A DNA stretch of 64,000 nucleotides, taken from Takakia lepidozioides. Taxonomy: Eukaryota; Plantae; Bryophyta. The translations under genes and the position numbers were made by a program. The notes under the pieces are model-generated. The model saw nothing but the letters and a program-made list of their open reading frames with translations. It did not search any database and was not told the DNA's origin. Numbering within the stretch: position 1 is the stretch's first letter; each line of letters begins with the position of its first letter. The DNA lies in contig CM060733.1 of NCBI GenBank assembly GCA_030704615.1, positions 75,330,001 through 75,394,000 on the forward strand, given 5' to 3'. Below, piece by piece: positions 49,972 to 61,693 of this stretch.

Positions 49972-51019
49972 TCTCCTTCCTCATTCAGTTCTTATGGTAG
50001 GTAACAAGAATTCCACTGGAAGTAAAGCTTCCATACCATAAACTAATTGGAATGGTATATACTTAGTGGTGACTTTATATGAAGTCCTGTATGACCACAA
50101 AGCTGTCAGCAGCTTTGTATCCCAATCCGTTCTGTTTGCATTGACTATCTTAGCCAAAATAGTACATAGTATTTTGTTGGTGGCCTCTGCCTGCCCATTA
50201 CCCTGTGGGTAATAGGTTGTACTCTTCTTGTGCACAATCATGAAATCTTTAGTCAATAGTTCTATGGTCTCATTAATGAAGTGACTTCCCTGGTCACTGA
50301 TAAATTCCAGGGGACAGCCAAATCTTGTAAGTATGTTCTCATACAGGAACCTTGCTGTGGACTTATTTGTGTTCTCTTGGATTTCTTCTTCTTCACTCAT
50401 GTAGCTCAATTGCAATGGTGTTGGAGAGTCTGAACTCTCCGTTGGCTCTGCCACATTCTCCCCCCCTTCTTTATCTTTTATCCAGGGATGTACCTCAGAT
50501 CTCTCCCCTCGTGGCTGATCTTCTTCCTGTACCAAATCCCTTAATCTTTCTTGTAAAGAATAAGAAGGAGTGGCATCCAACTCTGGTTCCTCCGATATGG
50601 GTGATGTACTCTTCGATCTTAATGGTGTGAGAGGTCCAGATGATTCTCTTATGTCTATTCCTCTCTCCCAAAGATATGGATAATTAGCTTTCAAATAATT
50701 TTCTCTTTTTGCTGAATATCTGTGAAGTCTAGCTTCTCTTTCATCACTCATGTCCCATGTCTTTCATATCTTCAATGAGGCAATAACCAAAACATTCTTC
50801 TATAGTATCTCTCATATATGCCTGGGTTTCTTTCAAGCTTCAATGCACCCTTGGCTATACTAGAAGTCTCTGTTACCATATAACCATATGGCAAGCACGT
50901 CTGAAAAACTGTTCTTGGTGTCAGTTTGATCCACAGGATATCCTTAGGAATCTAATTCTTTACCAGTACCAACTCTTCATGCATATGAGTGTAAACATTC
51001 ACTTTCCGTTCAGGACTCC

Positions 51020-52025
51020 TGTTAGAGGACTGTAGGGGACTTAGACACTTATACGGGATCTGTAGGGTATCCTTAAATTTTGCACAGACTGAGACCAACA
51101 GGAGCCTTAGGGGTGACAGCAGCGCACTGTAGAGGGGGGTTACACAGCCGTCACAGTCGTCACAGCCAACACAGCCGTCACAGTCCACACAGCCAACACA
51201 GCCAACACAGCCCGTCACAGTCGTCACAGCCGACACAGCCGACACAGTCGACACAGCCGACACAGCCGACACAGCCGACACAGCCCGGCACAGCCACACA
51301 GCCAGTCACAGCCCGACACAGCCAAACACAGTCGCACAGCCAGTCACAGCCCGTCACAGTTTCACACAGCCAGTCACAGCTTGACACAGCTGTCACGATC
51401 ATAGGGAACGAAGAGTAGGACAGGGAACGACTCTGGGGAACAACACCTGCGAAGGGAACATGTTAGTTCACAAACGACGGTTAGTGAGGGAAACGGTTAG
51501 AACTGCGGATAGGAAGATAAAAGGGAAACGGGGAAGGAAGGGGGATTTTATCATTATTCAGAGGGGGACTTCTTAGTCAGGCTGGAGCGGAGATCGGAAG
51601 CAAAAGATGGAGAGCACGGTGAAGGAGGAAAGAGGATTAGTAGATGCTTGTTATATGCAAAGCTGTAGTGATATTGTAGAGCAGATTAGAGACATAATGG
51701 CTTCGGCCTGATACCTGATAAATCATAATCTGAACTTATACGATACAATCACACTGTGTAGAGAGATCTGAGTGAAGCTGTGGATTGAATGGATGAGTGA
51801 AGGAACCGATAGATTGATGAAGCAAACTGATATTTAATTATCAATGGTAAGATAGCTAAGATGAATGGTAGATAGCTAAGATGAATGCAAACACCCCCAT
51901 GATACACTAGCTGTAGGTCATGACTGATTGTTCTGCGCGGGCTGAGTACTTAGAGATTTCCAACTTCTATCTTGGAGTTTCCGCCTCGGATAGCGAAGGG
52001 ATGGGTGAGTAAAAGCCGCGCGACA
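51020..52025 (+). repeat. 5' LTR
   Basis: Near-identical to 59264-60348 apart from indels. Contains a CACAG minisatellite at 51140-51400. Confidence 0.95.
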
Positions 52026-52027
52026 TT

Positions 52028-52045
52028 TGGCGACCATACTGGGGA
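52028..52045 (+). promoter_or_regulatory. Primer-binding site TGGCGACCATACTGGGGA (probably tRNA-Arg type)
   Basis: Starts 2 nt after the LTR end and begins TGG. Identical in the sister element at 60679-60662. Confidence 0.8.
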
Positions 52046-53345
52046 ACTGGGACATGAACAACCAGATGTGACAGGCATCTGGTGGGATCATGGTGGTTGG
52101 ACCATTAAAGAATTTGAAGTGAATCAAATTCCCTGTGGAACGAAGGAAGAAGATTGTCCAAACATTCTTTCAAAGGTTCTTGGAATTGCCAGACGGTTGT
52201 AAAGAAAATATTCTTAAACGAGTGCATGATGCTGATCCAGAATGGGGTCTGGAGAAAGGAGTGATAAAGATTTATCAGGTAGCCTGTAGAGGAAGAGCAC
52301 GTTGGTTACCAACATTGGTTTATGTGATAGCATTGCTATCCATTAAACGAGTAGAGTTTGAAGGCTGGGAAGAAAGAAAGGTGAATGTTTATACTCATAT
52401 GCATGAAGAGCTTGTACTGGTAAAGAATTGGATTCCAAAGGATATTTTGTGGATCAAACTCACACCAAGAACAGCTTTTCAGACTTGTTTGCCATATGGT
52501 TATATGGTAACGGAGACTTCAAGTATAGCCAAGGGTGCATTGAAGCTTGAAAGAAACCCAGGCATATACGAGAGATATTACAGAAGAGAGTTTTGGTTAT
52601 TGCCACATTAAAAAGAAATGAAACATGGGACATGAGTGATGAAAGAGAAGCTAGACGACAGAGATATTCAGCAAAAAGAGAAAGCTATCTGAAAGCTAAT
52701 TATCCATATCTTTGGGAGAGAGGAATAGACATAGGGGAATCATCTGGACCTCTCACACCATCAAGATCAAAGAGTGCATCACCTATACCGGAAGAACTAG
52801 AGTTGGATGCCACTCCTTCTGTTTCTTTGCAAGAAATTAAGGGAATTGGTACAGGAAGAAGATCAATCACGAGGTGAAAGATCTGAGGTACATCCTTGGA
52901 TAAAAGACTTGACAGAAATCTTTGATAAGAGTTGGCATGGAACACCAAAAGCAGGAACTCCAGTTTCTGAAGCAGAAGATGAAGAAGGAGAAGAGGATGT
53001 GGCAGAGCCAACGGAGAGTTCAGACTCTCCAACACCATTACAGTTGAGTTACATGAGTGAAGAAGAAACCCAAGGGCAGAACTTGGAGGATGAAAACAGA
53101 GAGAAGAAATTGAAGAGGAAGAATATGAAGAAGTAGACCCAACAGCTGAGGTTGAGACTACAACCAGGACATCCCAACCCGTTGGACCTGGATCAAGTGG
53201 AGCACTTGGATCACAGGCCAACGAAGGTGTCGGCTCAGGGGGATCAGGCGGGCTGCCTGGATCTGGCTCTGGGGGACAGGGAGTGTGGGAAGTAGTGCAA
53301 CTGAAGCTGGGAATACTGTGAATATCGTGGGGCCAGAAGCAAGGA

Positions 53346-54600
53346 GTGCTCAAGGGCCACCACTTGGTGGAAGATCCACCACAAAAACAACAGGTCCAGA
53401 AGGACCACACAGCAAGGGTGCCAGCACCTGTCAGTGGGCAGAAGGTAGGGCCACAGATGGCGTTACAACCAACACGGGCAAAACCACCCTTTCCAATATA
53501 TTCAGGAAAAGGGGATCCCGATGTACACATTAGCCAATTTGAGCACATGTGTATAGTGAACAATGAGAATGGCGATGATGCCAAGATGAGACTGTTTCCT
53601 TGTTCACTTATCAAGAAAGCAAGTGAATGGTATGCAAGATTCCCTGATAATCATTTCCTAACCTGGAATGGCTTGAATACAGCATTTCGAAATAGGTTCA
53701 GGACAAGTAAAACTGAGGATGAAGTGTATGGAAGTTTACAACAGCTGAAGCAAAGAAGCATGAAACTGTTGAAGAGTATATGGAGAAGATGGAATTGATG
53801 ATGAAAAAGCTGGCTGCAGTACCAGCGCCCGGTTTACAGAAGACTTGGTTTGTGAGTGGACTAAGACCAGAGTTGCAAAGAAAGTGGATATGTTACCCCA
53901 TAATACAGTGGAGGAGCATTTGAAACTGCGAACAGAATTGAGCAATTGGGAATGCTCAGGAGAGAGAAAAAGAAGATGAGGACTCTGAGGATGAGTCAGA
54001 TGAAGAAGAAGAGCAAGAACTAAAAAGAAAGAGTAAGAGAAAGGAGAAGTTGAAGAGGGATAACTATGAAAAAAATTGGAAGAAATCTTGAAGAAGTATG
54101 CCACAGAGGCTGCAACACATTGGAGGAAGGGTGTATGGTGTGCAAAGTGCCAGAATGAAGGCCATACCACCACAGAATGCCACATGAAGGAGAAACACTG
54201 TACTATCTGTAAAATGGATAACCATTCTACTGAGAATTGTTACTACAACAGAAGGACAGCTGCAAGAGAACCTAGGCAAGTAAGGGTGCATCAGGTGCAG
54301 CCCCAGCCAAGAAGAAACAATGATCAGGACCACTATGGTAGGTCTGGTGGTTATAACAATGGCATGGAAGGGAGAGGTAATTCAAGAGGGAATTACCAAG
54401 GAAATTCCAGAGGCAACTATCAGGGTAATCCAAGGGGGAATTACCAGCCCGGGAATCAGGATTATAGAAATAATCCAAGAACAGACCAAGGGCGAGGACC
54501 CAATGGTGAAGAGCTATGTTACTATTGTAATCAGCCAGGACATCGCAAGGCAGCCTGTTCATTCTGGATAAGACACCAGAATGAGATGAGAGCCCTGTGA
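53346..54600 (+). pseudogene. Gypsy gag (capsid plus three CCHC knuckles), frameshifted
   Basis: YSGKGDPDVHI..LFPCSL..ASEWY..TWNGL..FRNRF; CAKCQNEGHTTTEC, CTICKMDNHSTENC, CYYCNQPGHRKAAC. Confidence 0.88.
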
Positions 54601-55099
54601 ATGAGGGCCCAGTGGTGGCAGCTCACATGGTTAGGCCATGTGTTGTACCAGAAGTAAGTACAATGATAGTAACAAGAAGTAAAGCCAAACTAATACCTCC
54701 AGTAGAAGAGGAAGAAGATGAGACTGGAAGTGGCAATGATATGCCTGAATGAAGAGACTTGGAAAGATGAGAAGGAACTGCACAAGGAAGTGGCAGATAC
54801 TATAAGGGAAATGCAAAAGAGTACTGATATTCCTGTGGCAGATTCCTCTGATTCGGATGGAGAAAAAGAAGGGAGTGAGGAAGAAAGGAAAAAAGAAGAT
54901 GCAGACATGCAAAGTAATGAAGAGACTTTGGCTGAGTAATATGTCAGACCAAAGCAGAAATTACCATTGGACAGCTATTAGCTGTGCACCTTATTGTAGG
55001 CACAGGCTGTATCAGGCAATCAATCGAATTGCCCAAGAGACAGGAAACACAGACCTGAACAGCAAGGTGACCAGTTATAATGTGAAGCCGGAAGGGCGA

Positions 55100-58000
55100 G
55101 AACCAGTCATGGACTTTGATGATTCTATGCCAGTAATCCAATTGAGAATTGGAAGCACAGAACTAACTGATGTACTGATAGATGGTGGTTCTGGAGTAAA
55201 TATCATGACAGACCAATTAAGGAAGAAGCTTGGTCTAAGTAACATGAAACCAGCCCCATTTACAGTAACAATGGCAGATCAAAGAAGTGTACAGCCATTG
55301 GGATTAATAAGAGGAGTTAAGATACAGATACAGAAAATGATCTTTATGATCACACTGTATTAAAATGGATGAAGTCATGGAGGCTTACTCCTTATTATTG
55401 GGACGTCCGTGGCTGAAACAGGCCAGGGTATTCCATGACTGGAATTCTCAGTTACTAAACCGTGCATAATGGGATACACGAGATACAAATTACCACAAAG
55501 AAATCTAGTAGATTACCTGCTACAAGAAGACCTCGAGGAGTCAGAGAGTATGACTGGAGAGGAGGACTGGATGAGGAGCAGGAAGCTACCCTATTTGCTG
55601 CACACCCAGAGTGGGAGCAGGTTGCAGAGATGCGGCTGGAAAGCCTAAGTTGTTTGAGAGGTATCTGCTGTGGTGTAGTGACAGCAACACCAACTGAAGA
55701 GGAAACCAGCATTTACCCATCACATTTCTATGAAGAAGAGAAGGAGAAATAGAAATCCTAGAAGAACCAGCCACTGTGAGCTTACAGGATGAAGTGGTGA
55801 CTGGTTGGAATCAATCACAGCTGATGAGCAGGTGAGAGAAGTAAATGTGGAACTCAGGAGGAACCGAGGATGGTGAAAGTAGGAGCTGATTTGGAGCCGG
55901 AATTCTTCGAAGAAGCTAAAAGCTTGTTCATCAAATACAGAGATGTATTTGCTTGGAGCTATGAGGATCTAAAAGGGATACCACCTGAAGTCTGTCAGCA
56001 TAAGATTGAACTGGAACCAGGGTCAGTACCAATCAAGCAGGCGAGGTATAGAATGAATCCCAACTACGCACAGAAGGTTGGAGAAGAGATAAAGAAGTTG
56101 GCTGAGGCTAAGTTTATATACCCAATAGAGTATACAACTTGGTTGTCACCCATTGTTATAGTTCCCAAGAAGAATGGCAAACTAAGAGTATGTGTGAACT
56201 ATAAGAAGCTGAATGCTTGTACGAAGAAAGATCCTTTCCCTTTGCCATTCACAGAAGCAGTATTAGACACTGTGGCAGGCCATGAGATGTACTCATTCAT
56301 GGATGGCTTCAGTGGTTATAATCAAGTGCAAGTGGCAGAAGAAGACCAAGGGAAAACAGCTTTCATCACAGACTGGGGGGCTTATGCATACAAAGTCATG
56401 CCCTTTGGACTTTGTAATGCACCAGCGACCTTTCAGAGAGTGATAAGTGAATCTTTTCATGAGTATCTGGATGATTTCATGCAGGTATTCTTGGATGATT
56501 TCAGTGTGTACAGCTCTAAGAATGAGCACTTGCATAAATTGGAGTTATGTTTGGCCAGATGCAGGATGAGAGGTCTGGGCCTGAATCCAGAGAAGTGTAC
56601 TTTCTGTGTGAACTCAGGGGTGCTTCTGGGACACATTGTGTGTAAGAAGGGACTCCTTGTGGATCCCAGGAAGACAGAGTCCATTAAAGCCTCTCCACCA
56701 CCAGTGAATGTTAAAGTCTAAGGAGATTCCTTGGGCAAACCAGTTATTACAGAAGATTTGTCAAAAGGTATGCACAAATAGCACCATTGAGCAAGCTTCT
56801 GAAGAAAGATGCAGTGTTTGCCTGGACAGCTGAATGTCAACAGGCGTTTGAGGAACTTACACTGTCAGTAACAACTACACCTGTGCTGATTAACCCTCAC
56901 TGGCATGTAGTATTTCATGTTCACTGCGATGCATCAGGAGAAGCGTTGGGCGGTGTTAGCCCAGAATGTTACAGGGAATATAGATTCACCTGTGTACTAT
57001 GCTAGCCGGTTGATGAACAGTGCTGAGAGGAACTATAGTACAACGGAAAGAGAAGCATTGGCAATGATTTATGCAGTGAATTCAGGCATTACCTATTGGG
57101 AAGAAAGTTTATGTTTTATGTGGATCACCAGGCTCTGATATATCTGGTGAACAAACCTTTGATAAGTGGAAGGATAGCGAGGTGGTTAATAATCTTGCAT
57201 GAGTTTGAGTTCGAGGTTATTTACAAGCCTGGCCGTTTGCATCTTGTGGCAGATCATTTGTCACGACTAACAACAGGAGAGGCCGCCACAGGAGTGGACG
57301 ATCAGTTACCTGATGCGAGTTTATTTGTAATGGAGGTGCAAGGAAGTGCAGATGAATGGTTAGATTGGCAGTGGCCAATCAGATACTACCTTGCTCATGG
57401 TCAGTGCCCACCTAGTTATGGTAAGGAGCAGAGGAAGAGAATTGCTATCAAAGCTTTACCTTATACTATGGTAGGAAGCAGAATGTATAAGTTAGGACCT
57501 GATGGAGTACTAAAACGATGCTTGTACCACCATGAAGTAAATAAAGTCTTGGAGGAAGTTCATAAAGGAGTGGCTGGAGGTCATTTTGGAGAAGAGACTA
57601 CCAGTAGAAGATACTACTCGCAGGATACTGGTGGCCTACTTTGTTCAAAGATGTACACGAGTATTGTCAGAAGTGTGATGAATGTCAGAGGCTAGGACCT
57701 TTGCAGATCTGGAAGGATGGCCTTGCATCCTACAATGCCTACGGAACATTTCAGAATGGGGACTAGACTTTGTTGGACCAATTAATCCACCATCCAAGAA
57801 TACACGAAACAGGTACATAATTACAGCCACTGATTATACTACAAAGTGGGTGGAAGCTAAAGCTTTGAGGGACAACACAGCCAAGTCCACAGCAAGGTTC
57901 CTGTACGAGAACATACTTAACGATTTGGCTGTCCCTTAGAATTTATCAGTGATCAAGGAAGTCACTTCATGAATGAGACCATTGAGTTTTGACTAAAGAG

Positions 58001-58590
58001 TTTATGATTGTGCATAGAAAGAGTACAACATATTACCCACAGGGTAATGGGCAGGCAGAGGCTACCAACAAAATACTATGTACTATCTTGGCTAAGATAG
58101 TCAATGCAAACAGAACGGATTGGGATACAAAGCTGCTGACAGCTTTGTGGTCATACAGACTTCATATAAAGTCACCACTAAGTATACACCATTCCAATTA
58201 GTTTATGGTATGGAAGCCTTACTTCCAGTGGAATTCCTGTTACCTACCATGAGAACGGAGTGGGGAAAAAGAATGGAATTGCAAGACTCCATCAAGGTCA
58301 GGAAACATGAATTATACCATGTGGAAGAAGTACGTGCTGATGCAGCTGATAATATGACCAGAATTCAGATGAAGCGAAAGGAACAGTTTGATGAAGGCAA
58401 GTTAAAGACTTTTAAGACGGGGGATTTGGTTCTATGGTTGCAGAAGAAAGAAAGATTCAAGCTTCTAAGCTTAAATCACCGTGGAAAGGACCTTATGTCA
58501 TACAAAAGATGTATGATAACAACACCGCCATGTTACAAACCATTAACAAAGAAATGCTGGGAAGAGTCAATGCAAATAAGTTGAAGGGGT
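55100..58590 (+). pseudogene. Gypsy pol (protease, RT, RNase H, integrase), frameshifted
   Basis: LIDGGSGVNIM (PR); WLSPIVIVPKK, DGFSGYNQ, MPFGLCNAPATFQR, FLDDF (RT); CDAS, NYSTTEREAL, VDHQAL, ADHLSR (RH); H..GGH, WGLDFVGP, SDQGSHF, YPQGNGQAE, WKGPY (INT). Confidence 0.95.
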
Positions 58591-59246
58591 ACAGTGGTAT
58601 CCATGACAAACCCCTGCAGCATGATTTGCATGTTGAACCGCAAGAGCAGTCACGGGCTGCCCCAGTGTTACGAACGGAGTATGGAACACTTGTCGCTAGG
58701 CCCAGCATATATGACCAGGGCGGGCAAAACAAACGTGACACAGCCAACCACAGCCCTCACGACGTGACACAGCCACCACAGCCATCACGACGTGACACAG
58801 CCTATCACAGCAGCCTATCACAGGACACACAGCCTATCACAGCGTGCATCACAGCCTATCACAGTGTAACACAGTATGACACAGCCTGTCACAGCTCAAC
58901 ACAGCCTACTAAAGTTACACCATCCAAAGAATCAGTGACAAGTGGACACATAATAACTTTAGGAAAATGGATGACGGAAGAGGAAACGGAAATTACTTTA
59001 AAAATAGACACGTGGAGGTCAGGGCGCAACATTTGGAGAAGGGGGTCTCCTATGCCGGAAAGGTTACCTCGATATCAGCCTCCAGAGGGCCTCAATTATC
59101 CAGGTAGTGATCAACCATCTCCGTCAACCAGAGACAGACCTCAGGCTCGTACACACAGTCCGCCACGAAACTCTCAACATCAACAAGGTGCTCACTCACA
59201 AAGGTTTGCTACTCGGAAACAGTAAACCGTGAGGACACGGCTTTTT

Positions 59247-59263
59247 GAGGAGGGAAGGGGTAA
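59247..59263 (+). promoter_or_regulatory. Polypurine tract
   Basis: GAGGAGGGAAGGGGTAA immediately before the 3' LTR. Confidence 0.85.
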
Positions 59264-60348
59264 TGTTAGAGGACTGTAGGGGACTTAGACACTTATACGG
59301 GATCTGTAGGGTATCCTTAAATTTTGCACAGACTGAGACCAACAGGAGCCTTAGGGGTGACAGCAGCGCACTGTAGAGGGGGTTACACAGTCGTCACAGT
59401 CGTCACAGCCAGCCGTCACAGTCCACACAGCCAACACAGCCAACACAGCCCGTCACAGTCGTCACAGTCGTCACAGCCAACACAGCCGTCACAGTCCACA
59501 CAGCCAACACAGCCAACACAGCCCGTCACAGTCGTCACAGTCGTCACAGCCGACACAGCCAACACAGTCGACACAGCCAACATAGCCGACACAGCCGACA
59601 CAGCCCGGCACAGCCACACAGCCAGTCAGCCGACACAGCCAAACACAGTCGCACAGCCAGTCACAGCCCGTCACAGTTTCACACAGCCAGTCACAGCTTG
59701 ACACAGCTGTCACGATCATAGGGAACGAAGAGTAGGACAGGGAACGACTCTGGGGAACAACACCTGCGAAGGGAACATGTTAGTTCACAAACGACGGTTA
59801 GTGAGGGAAACGGTTAGAACTGCGGATAGGAAGATAAAAGGGAAAACGGGGAAGGAAGGGGGGATTTTTATCATTCTTCAGAGGGGGACTTCTTAGTCAG
59901 GCTGGAGCGGAGATCGGAAGCAAAAGATGGAGAGCACGGTGAAGGAGGAAAGAGGATTAGTAGATGCTTGTTATATGCAAAGCTGTAGTGATATTGTAGA
60001 GCAGATTAGAGACATAATGGCTTCGGCCTGATACCTGATAAATCATAATCTGATACTTATACGATACAATCACATTGTGTAGAGAGATCTGAGTGAAGCT
60101 GTGGATTGAATGGATGAGTGAAGGAAACCGATAGATTGATGAAGCAAACTGATATTTAATTATCAATGGTAAGGTAGCTAAGATGAATGCGGAAAGGGAA
60201 ACAAATAGGAAACACCCCCATGATACACTAGCTGTAGGTCATGACTGATTGTTCTGCGCGGGCTGAGTACTTAGAGATTTCCAACTCTTCTATCTTGGAG
60301 TTTCCGCCTCGGATAGCGAAGGGATGGGTGAGTAAAAGCCGCGCGACA
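59264..60348 (+). repeat. 3' LTR
   Basis: TGTTAG..CGACA followed by TSD ACTCC. Its minisatellite is longer than in the 5' LTR. Confidence 0.95.
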
Positions 60349-60681
60349 ACTCCCAGCCTTCAAACTCCACTCGTTTAATGGATAGCAACGCTATCACATA
60401 AACCAGCGTTGGTAACCAACTTGCTCTCCTTCTATAGGCCACTTGATAAATCTTTATCACTCCTTTCTCCAAACCCCACTTAGGATCTGCATCGTGTACT
60501 CTCTTAAGAATGTTTTCTTTGCAACCATCTGGCAATTCCAAAAATCTCTGAAAGAATTGCTTGGACAACCTTTTTTTCTCAGTTCCACCATATTCTCTTT
60601 AATTCTCCAACCACCATGATCCCACCAGATGCCTGTCACATCTGGTTGTTCTTGACCCAGTTCCCCAGTATGGTCGCCAAA

Positions 60682-61693
60682 TGTCGAGCGGCTTTTACTC
60701 ACCCATCCCTTCGCTATCTGAGGTGGGAACTCCAAGATAGAAGAGTTGGATATCTCTAAGCACCCAGCCCAGCTCAGAACAATCAGTCATGACCTACAGC
60801 TAGTGAATCATGGTTGTGCTTCCTATTTGTATTTCTTCTTGTCTTCATATTAGCAAGTTACCTTACTATGTATACTGAAGCATCAGATTGCTTCAGTATC
60901 TATTAGGTTCCATTCACTCATCCATTCATTCCACAACTTCACTCAAGTCTCTCTACACAGTGTGATTGTATCGAATAAGTATCAGATTAAGATTTATCAA
61001 GTATCAAGCCGAAGCCATGGTGTCTCTAATCTGCTCTACAATATCACTACAGCTTTGCGTGTAACGAACATCTACTGATCATCTCTCCTCCTTCACCGTG
61101 CTCTCCATCCTTGCTCCCGTTCCTGCTCTCTCCCCCATCTCCTCCCGTGTATGACCAAGAAGTGCTCCCTGTGAAGTGTCCCCCATGATGCTTGCTCTGC
61201 CTATTTTATCTACAAGCTGTTCTAACCGCCTAACTAACTAACTGTCACCTAAGAAGTAAACACGTTCCCTCTGCAGATGTCGTTCCCACACAATCGTTCC
61301 CTGCCAATGATAACTGTTTCCTATGTACGCTATGACGGGCTATGCCAAACTGTGTGGGCTGTGACTGTGCCGAGTTGTGACTGGCTGTGTCGGACTGTGT
61401 CGGGCTGTAACTGGCTGTGTGAAACTGTGCGAAGTTGTGTCGGTCTGTGATAGACTGTGACTAACTGTGATAGGCTGGGATTGACTGTGACAGAATGTGT
61501 AAGGCTGTGTATGGCTGTGATACACTATGATAGGCTGTGTACGACTGTGTAAGACTGTGACTGAGTGTGTAAGCTTGTCTACCACCCCTAAGGCCTCTGT
61601 TGATCTAAGTCTACCATCCGTAAGTCTGCGCAAAAATTAAGGGTACCCCACAGAACCCATAAAAGTGTCTAAGTTCCAGACAGCCCTCTAACA
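60682..61693 (-). repeat. 5' LTR of the sister (host) Gypsy element
   Basis: The reverse complement starts TGTTAGAGGGCTG and ends CCGCTCGACA, followed by the PBS. Clearly homologous to, but diverged from, the 51020 and 59264 LTRs. Confidence 0.92.

Larger units (their letters stand above)
51020..60348 (+). mobile_element. Full-length Ty3/Gypsy LTR retrotransposon (non-chromovirus, Phygy/Selgy/Tat-like)
   Basis: LTRs 51020-52025 and 59264-60348 (TGTTAG..CGACA), TSD ACTCC on both sides, PBS, PPT, and gag-PR-RT-RH-INT domain order. Confidence 0.97.
47790..61693 (-). mobile_element. Internally deleted Ty3/Gypsy element (host of the nested insertion); 3' LTR missing
   Basis: 5' LTR 61693-60682 (TGTTAG..CGACA), PBS 60679-60662, and a leader ORF split at the ACTCC TSD (60349 / 51019). 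The gag N-terminus is fused to integrase (49981..50751). Accessory ORF runs to ~47790. Confidence 0.9.

Noticed and set aside
52700-53614. 304-aa antisense ORF in the Gypsy element
   Set aside because: It shadows the purine-rich sense coding region and has no independent motif.
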